Origin: a virus
IMG/VR virus record: IMGVR_UViG_3300045988_074254
Location: 1-25,388 of that record
Length of the DNA: 25,388 bases
Reading direction: 5' to 3' (one strand)
A model generated the notes under the pieces. That model saw only the letters and a list, made by a program, of their open reading frames with translations. It ran no database searches and had not been told where the DNA came from. Shown one piece after another: positions 21,527-25,388 of the stretch (position 1 is its first letter; each line of letters starts with the position of its first letter). The position numbers were made by a program, and so were the translations under genes.

Positions 21527-22727
21527 TGTAACTAATTCCTCCTTGATTTGATTTAGTTACCTGGATATATTCACCTCGAATAAAACGTTTCTTACCTTCA
21601 TCATCTGGTAAAGGCGCTTTGTTCATGATATTTAATGCCCCATTCGTATCAATCATTCCTCTATCGAACATTTGAGTCGCAACATTTAATTTTGTTTGTG
21701 TCGAATCATACTGTAAACGATCACTTGTAAGAATGATTTCACTACCATTCATAATCTGATTTACGGAATATAACATTCCACTCAACACTTCTCCAACTTC
21801 AATAAAGAATGGTTCAATAATTGATTCATAAAATGCATTCCATTCATCAGGTTTATATTTATTTTGTAAAATAGCTTCACTAATTCCAAAATAGCTATAT
21901 ACACTATTTTCAATTGCCTGCTTCTGCTTGGCATCCACTAATAGTGGTTTACTTTCAATCGGTTTTACTTCATCAAATCGATTGTCGACAAGGAATACAC
22001 CTGTTTCATTCTTGTTCAGGTTGTTTCTCAAAATCATGTTTTGTTGTTCTTTATAATCCTCATCATCGTCAATTGGTGTTGAAATTTTAGCTAAGAATCG
22101 AACAATAGAACTAGATTTGATTGCATTGATTGCTCCTTCTTCCTGAGCAAGCATCAATTTAGCTGTTGTATCAAATGCATCATTAATTTCACCAAAGTAA
22201 TCATTTTTATACTGCATCTGCCTTAGATGTCCTACTTTGCTATATTCAATCAATTTTGTTTCGCCATAGATGAAATTAAAATAAATATAAACTACACCAT
22301 TGATTTCTTTTAACTGACACTGACTTGGTACTGCGGGCCATAATCCCTTTATCATTCCATATTCATCTTCAATTGGAATAATGAAAGCATTGTTTTCTGT
22401 AAAATAGATAGTTGCCAATCTTTTATAAAATTGACTAGCTGTCATATAAGGATTTGGCTTTTTCTTAACCAAATAGTTATATATCTTGCTTTTGTAGTCT
22501 TTGTTTGTCAGTTCAGGTGAAGCTTTTCCACATGATGTGGCAATTCGATTGATACATGCTCTGCAAAGTCCAATCTCATATATTCCACCATCATATGATG
22601 AATACACTGGTGAATATCCACCTAAGCTTGCAAACATTGAATGTAATTGATTTTGTTTAGGTGCTGGCTTATTTAGTCCTAACAGACTTCCTAGCAAACC
22701 AAATCTTTTTCTTCTGCTTTTAGCCAC
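21444..22727 (-). CDS. Portal protein, HK97 family
   Basis: 427 aa, immediately after TerL. The GTG start shares the G of the TerL TAG, and the SD is AAGGAAGGTGA. Confidence 0.85.
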   Translation of the reverse strand: MAKSRRKRFGLLGSLLGLNKPAPKQNQLHSMFASLGGYSPVYSSYDGGIYEIGLCRACINRIATSCGKASPELTNKDYKSKIYNYLVKKKPNPYMTASQFYKRLATIYFTENNAFIIPIEDEYGMIKGLWPAVPSQCQLKEINGVVYIYFNFIYGETKLIEYSKVGHLRQMQYKNDYFGEINDAFDTTAKLMLAQEEGAINAIKSSSIVRFLAKISTPIDDDEDYKEQQNMILRNNLNKNETGVFLVDNRFDEVKPIESKPLLVDAKQKQAIENSVYSYFGISEAILQNKYKPDEWNAFYESIIEPFFIEVGEVLSGMLYSVNQIMNGSEIILTSDRLQYDSTQTKLNVATQMFDRGMIDTNGALNIMNKAPLPDDEGKKRFIRGEYIQVTKSNQGGISYNGETEPQQNPNALDPVPNEPGDGKQTN

Positions 22728-24385
22728 TAATTCACCTTCCTTTTCTTGTTTTCAAGGCGGTACTTGAATGTATCCCACCATTTTTGTCTTACTGTATATG
22801 CATCAATAACAGATGCATATCCATCAATATGTTTTCTTGGATCAGTTTTAATCATGCGGACACGATTGTCCTCCGCAACTTTCTTTAATGCCACACTAGA
22901 CATATGTGCTTGTAATAATCCATTTGTTCCTGTATGAACAAATCCATCTCTTACATACCCCGTAAATTCATTAATAACCGGTGTAAGGTTAGTACCCTGA
23001 ATTACATCATCCATCTTGTATCCATATTTCTTCATATCATCCACAAGATACTGAGCCGAATAACGGTCATATCCAACGACCACGCAATAAATCTTGTATT
23101 TCTTACGTAGCATTTCAAACCATTCCGTTACATCTTCATACCGTACAAAGTTTTCCCCACTTGGACTTAAATATCCCAATTGAATAAATCTTGTATATGG
23201 TATTTTGTCTCTTTCTTCTAGCTCCTTGATTTTTAATGTTGGAAGCCAAAAATGAGTAAATATGTAATCCTGTTCTTGAATTCGTATAACAACAGATGCG
23301 GCTGTTAAATCGGTTGTTTGTGACAAATCAATTCCACCAACTGCATATGTATGTGCAAAATCTTCAAATCTAAGTTCTTCACCTTTAACTTTGTTAATAT
23401 CTTCTGCACTAAATAACGCTTCTGTTGAATTCTGTTTGATATTCGCATATTTTGTTATGAATTCAGCCTTATATGTCGGTGAGCTATGTGCTTTTAAAAT
23501 TTCATTCTGCAAATATTCATAAGAAACCGATATTCCAAGGTTTGGCATTGCTTTTCTCAATTCAATAGGATCATCCCATTTTTGAATATCATCAATCATA
23601 TAAAAGAAAGGCAACATTTGTTTTTCATCAGACGTACCAAGTAAAACAGATGTTCCACGAACAAATAATTCATCATATAATCCTTCATCAATATAGTTTG
23701 CGGTACTTACAGGAATATAAAGTGGATCAGGTCTCGCACCACCTGCCGACAACATAACGTTGTACATTTTCATACCAGCTTCACCTTCCCATGCTGCAAA
23801 CTCATCAAAGATTGTCAAATATGGGTTGAATCCATCTGATTTTTTAGACGCAAAGGCAATTGGCTCCCATCTACAGTTGTTCTGTTTCATGTAGATATCT
23901 GTTCTACGTTTTTTTACTCTTAGACTCAACGCTTTAGAGTGTTCCATCATTTGATACAGAACATTGTAAATGATCTGCGCTTGTTTTAACTTTGGCGCTA
24001 TATTGTATATCTGCATACCTGCTTCATCAGATGTAAATCCAACATCAAGTTCAATACCTGCACAAAGAAATGATTTTCCTTGTTTTCGGCCCATGACCGT
24101 AGGTATTTCACGAAACTGCCTTTTTCCATTCTTATCAACAAGTCCGAATATGCACGCAATATAGTATTTTTGCCAAGGCTCAAGCTTCACTTTTGTTGTT
24201 TTTCCTTCTACGTGGTGACAAAACGTTTCAATAAACGCTATATGCATTTCCGCTTTTTTCTCATCGTAGAAGAAATCTCCATTTGCTAAACCTCTTTCAA
24301 CATATTGAAGATTAAGCTTTATCCACTTACCGACTACATCTTCACCCGATTTAATACGTTCTTTATAAATATCTAGATATTTCAT
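22727..24385 (-). CDS. terL: Terminase large subunit
   Basis: 552 aa. It has a Walker-A-like RKQGKS, Walker B LTIFDEFAAW, and C-terminal nuclease Asp motifs (VGGIDLSQTTD, VVGYDRYSA, HIDGYASVIDA). It has an ATGA overlap with terS. Confidence 0.92.
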   Translation of the reverse strand: MKYLDIYKERIKSGEDVVGKWIKLNLQYVERGLANGDFFYDEKKAEMHIAFIETFCHHVEGKTTKVKLEPWQKYYIACIFGLVDKNGKRQFREIPTVMGRKQGKSFLCAGIELDVGFTSDEAGMQIYNIAPKLKQAQIIYNVLYQMMEHSKALSLRVKKRRTDIYMKQNNCRWEPIAFASKKSDGFNPYLTIFDEFAAWEGEAGMKMYNVMLSAGGARPDPLYIPVSTANYIDEGLYDELFVRGTSVLLGTSDEKQMLPFFYMIDDIQKWDDPIELRKAMPNLGISVSYEYLQNEILKAHSSPTYKAEFITKYANIKQNSTEALFSAEDINKVKGEELRFEDFAHTYAVGGIDLSQTTDLTAASVVIRIQEQDYIFTHFWLPTLKIKELEERDKIPYTRFIQLGYLSPSGENFVRYEDVTEWFEMLRKKYKIYCVVVGYDRYSAQYLVDDMKKYGYKMDDVIQGTNLTPVINEFTGYVRDGFVHTGTNGLLQAHMSSVALKKVAEDNRVRMIKTDPRKHIDGYASVIDAYTVRQKWWDTFKYRLENKKRKVN

Positions 24386-24756
24386 TTAAATCTGCTCATG
24401 AACTCATCCAATTCATCACCTTTTTTTCCGGATACTTCTGTCGTTTTCGATAGTGAAGTAGGTGACAAGCCAAGTTCTTTGCAGTATTTCATGATCTGAT
24501 CACGTAATTGAACGGTAATAATGTAGTATGGCGAGCGCGATAAATTCGTTGCACCGCCCTTGTTCGTATATTCAACAACCATCTGTAGTGATTTGTAGCC
24601 ATTTGCTTTACTTGAATCTCTCCATTGCTTCATTGTTGAATCATATTGGGCCAAGGCATCTGCAAGTGAATCAACCGCAACCGAATATTCAGGAGAAAAT
24701 GTGCCTAAATTCTCTAGTTGTGAATTGATTCTTTTTTTCCATGCTCCTTTTTGCAT
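24382..24756 (-). CDS. terS: Terminase small subunit (P27 family)
   Basis: 124 aa. The pattern NKGGATNLSRSPYYIITVQLRDQIMKYCKELGLSPTSLSK fits the family. GGGAGGA lies 7 nt upstream of the ATG. Confidence 0.8.
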   Translation of the reverse strand: MQKGAWKKRINSQLENLGTFSPEYSVAVDSLADALAQYDSTMKQWRDSSKANGYKSLQMVVEYTNKGGATNLSRSPYYIITVQLRDQIMKYCKELGLSPTSLSKTTEVSGKKGDELDEFMSRFK

Positions 24757-25157
24757 TCATCATCCTCCCTTCCACATCCTATAAGCATTCCGTTTTCATC
24801 AAATTCAAAAGATGGTTTACGTTTGGAATGTTCTTCAGCATGGCATAAGTCACACAACGCTTCCAAATTAGAATCGCCAAATAGAATGTGTATATCTCTA
24901 TAGTTGTCCTGGTCAATGTGCACTTTGTGGTGCACGCAAGTCGACCTGGTATAGATACCTTTTTTCAAACATCTTTCACAAAGTGGATGTGCCTTCCTAT
25001 ACGCTTTGCTTTTCTTTTCCCAAGCCTTGCTTGAGTAAAATTTTCTAGCATAATTTCTAGCACCTGTTTTTGTTGCTTCTGAACCATAATATTTTTTCAT
25101 ATCGCTACATTCAAAGTTTTGACCATAACTACAGTTAACAGATTTAAAGGACGACAA
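24714..25157 (-). CDS. HNH endonuclease (terminase-associated)
   Basis: CERCLKKG...VHHKVH...NLEALCDLCHAEEH forms a Cys4 plus H-N-H motif. The start is uncertain: TTG 25157 lies one codon after an in-frame TAG, ATG 25100 is the alternative, and neither has an SD. Confidence 0.8.
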   Translation of the reverse strand: MSSFKSVNCSYGQNFECSDMKKYYGSEATKTGARNYARKFYSSKAWEKKSKAYRKAHPLCERCLKKGIYTRSTCVHHKVHIDQDNYRDIHILFGDSNLEALCDLCHAEEHSKRKPSFEFDENGMLIGCGREDDECKKEHGKKESIHN

Positions 25158-25192
25158 AAACTAACAGTAAATACTTTGAATGCAGTGATATG

Positions 25193-25224
25193 AAAAAAGA
25201 CCCATGTTTCCACAGATCTTTTTT
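25193..25224 (-). terminator. Leader intrinsic terminator between box B and the first late gene
   Basis: Minus-strand RNA AGAUCUGUG-GAAA-CAUGGGUCU forms a 9-bp stem with three G-U pairs, followed by UUUUUU. It pairs markedly worse on the plus strand. Only 35 nt separate it from the HNH ORF. Confidence 0.45.
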
Positions 25225-25319
25225 CAACGGGCACTAAAATGAAACAATCCAAGAACTACCTTGTTTGTTCTAGAAGATGTTTTCCAATCTTCACGACTAC
25301 AGAATATCACGGTTTTTCC

Positions 25320-25337
25320 TTGTACACTGTACAAAAT
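25320..25337 (-). promoter_or_regulatory. Box B: TTGTACACTGTACAAAAT, candidate late operator or promoter element upstream of the packaging operon
   Basis: Identical 18-mer to box A (1579-1596). It is intergenic, ~160 nt upstream of the HNH ORF. Confidence 0.45.
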
Positions 25338-25388
25338 GAAGAAATTCAGATTTTACCCCCTCTCATGCACTCATGACCCAGTTTTTTT

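Noticed and set aside
973-24183. Nested minus-strand alternative-frame ORFs (973-1170, 11212-11403, 11554-11778, 19712-19942, 23998-24183)
   Set aside because: They are embedded out of frame inside the endolysin, Tal, capsid and TerL genes, which have clear family motifs. They have no SD and odd composition.
383-24728. All other plus-strand ORFs in the track (60-108 aa, e.g. 383-592, 3084-3266, 4043-4282, 11603-11929, 13122-13391, 15393-15665, 24080-24289)
   Set aside because: Each lies entirely antisense within a long, well-supported minus-strand gene. They have shadow-ORF composition (Phe/Ile/Leu/Ser-rich), no SD and no operon context.
1-25388. tRNA or rRNA genes, CRISPR arrays, integrase or att sites, IS elements, toxin-antitoxin pairs or recognisable defence systems
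   Set aside because: There are no direct-repeat arrays, cloverleaf-like GC-rich segments or recombinase or transposase motifs. The window is filled by one co-oriented late operon, so prophage boundaries and lifestyle cannot be judged from it.

Overview
AT-rich 25.4-kb window. Every credible gene is on the minus strand, tightly packed or overlapping. It is the complete late region of a siphovirus-type phage or prophage with an HK97-like head, from a low-GC Firmicute. Right to left: a leader region (18-bp TGTACA-C-TGTACA box plus an intrinsic terminator), HNH endonuclease, TerS, TerL, portal, prohead protease, major capsid protein, four head-tail connector proteins, major tail protein, tail assembly chaperone with a -1 frameshift extension, 1277-aa tape measure, Dit, and a Tal carrying a ricin-type lectin-like insertion. 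Then follow a long mosaic baseplate and fibre module, XkdW-position and XkdX-like genes, and two membrane coiled-coil proteins. Next come a stand-alone sigma-70 region-4-like gene, a five-gene orphan cassette bracketed by terminators, and finally holin, a tiny acidic ORF and an Amidase_2 endolysin. Most notable points: (1) the orphan cassette at 1592-4067 interrupts a PBSX-like XhlA-holin-lysin layout. It encodes a BclA-C-terminal-domain-like protein, a membrane protein with a Gly/Trp-flanked TM helix and Cys clusters, and an 80-aa protein that is 20% Met with six Asn-Pro repeats. (2) An A10 run at the last codons of the capsid gene opens a start-less -1 frame that exactly fills the 156-nt gap downstream of the capsid gene. 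(3) An identical 18-bp box precedes both the packaging operon and the lysis cassette. No tRNA, rRNA, CRISPR, integrase or att site is visible. All family assignments come from motif recognition by eye; no searches were run.
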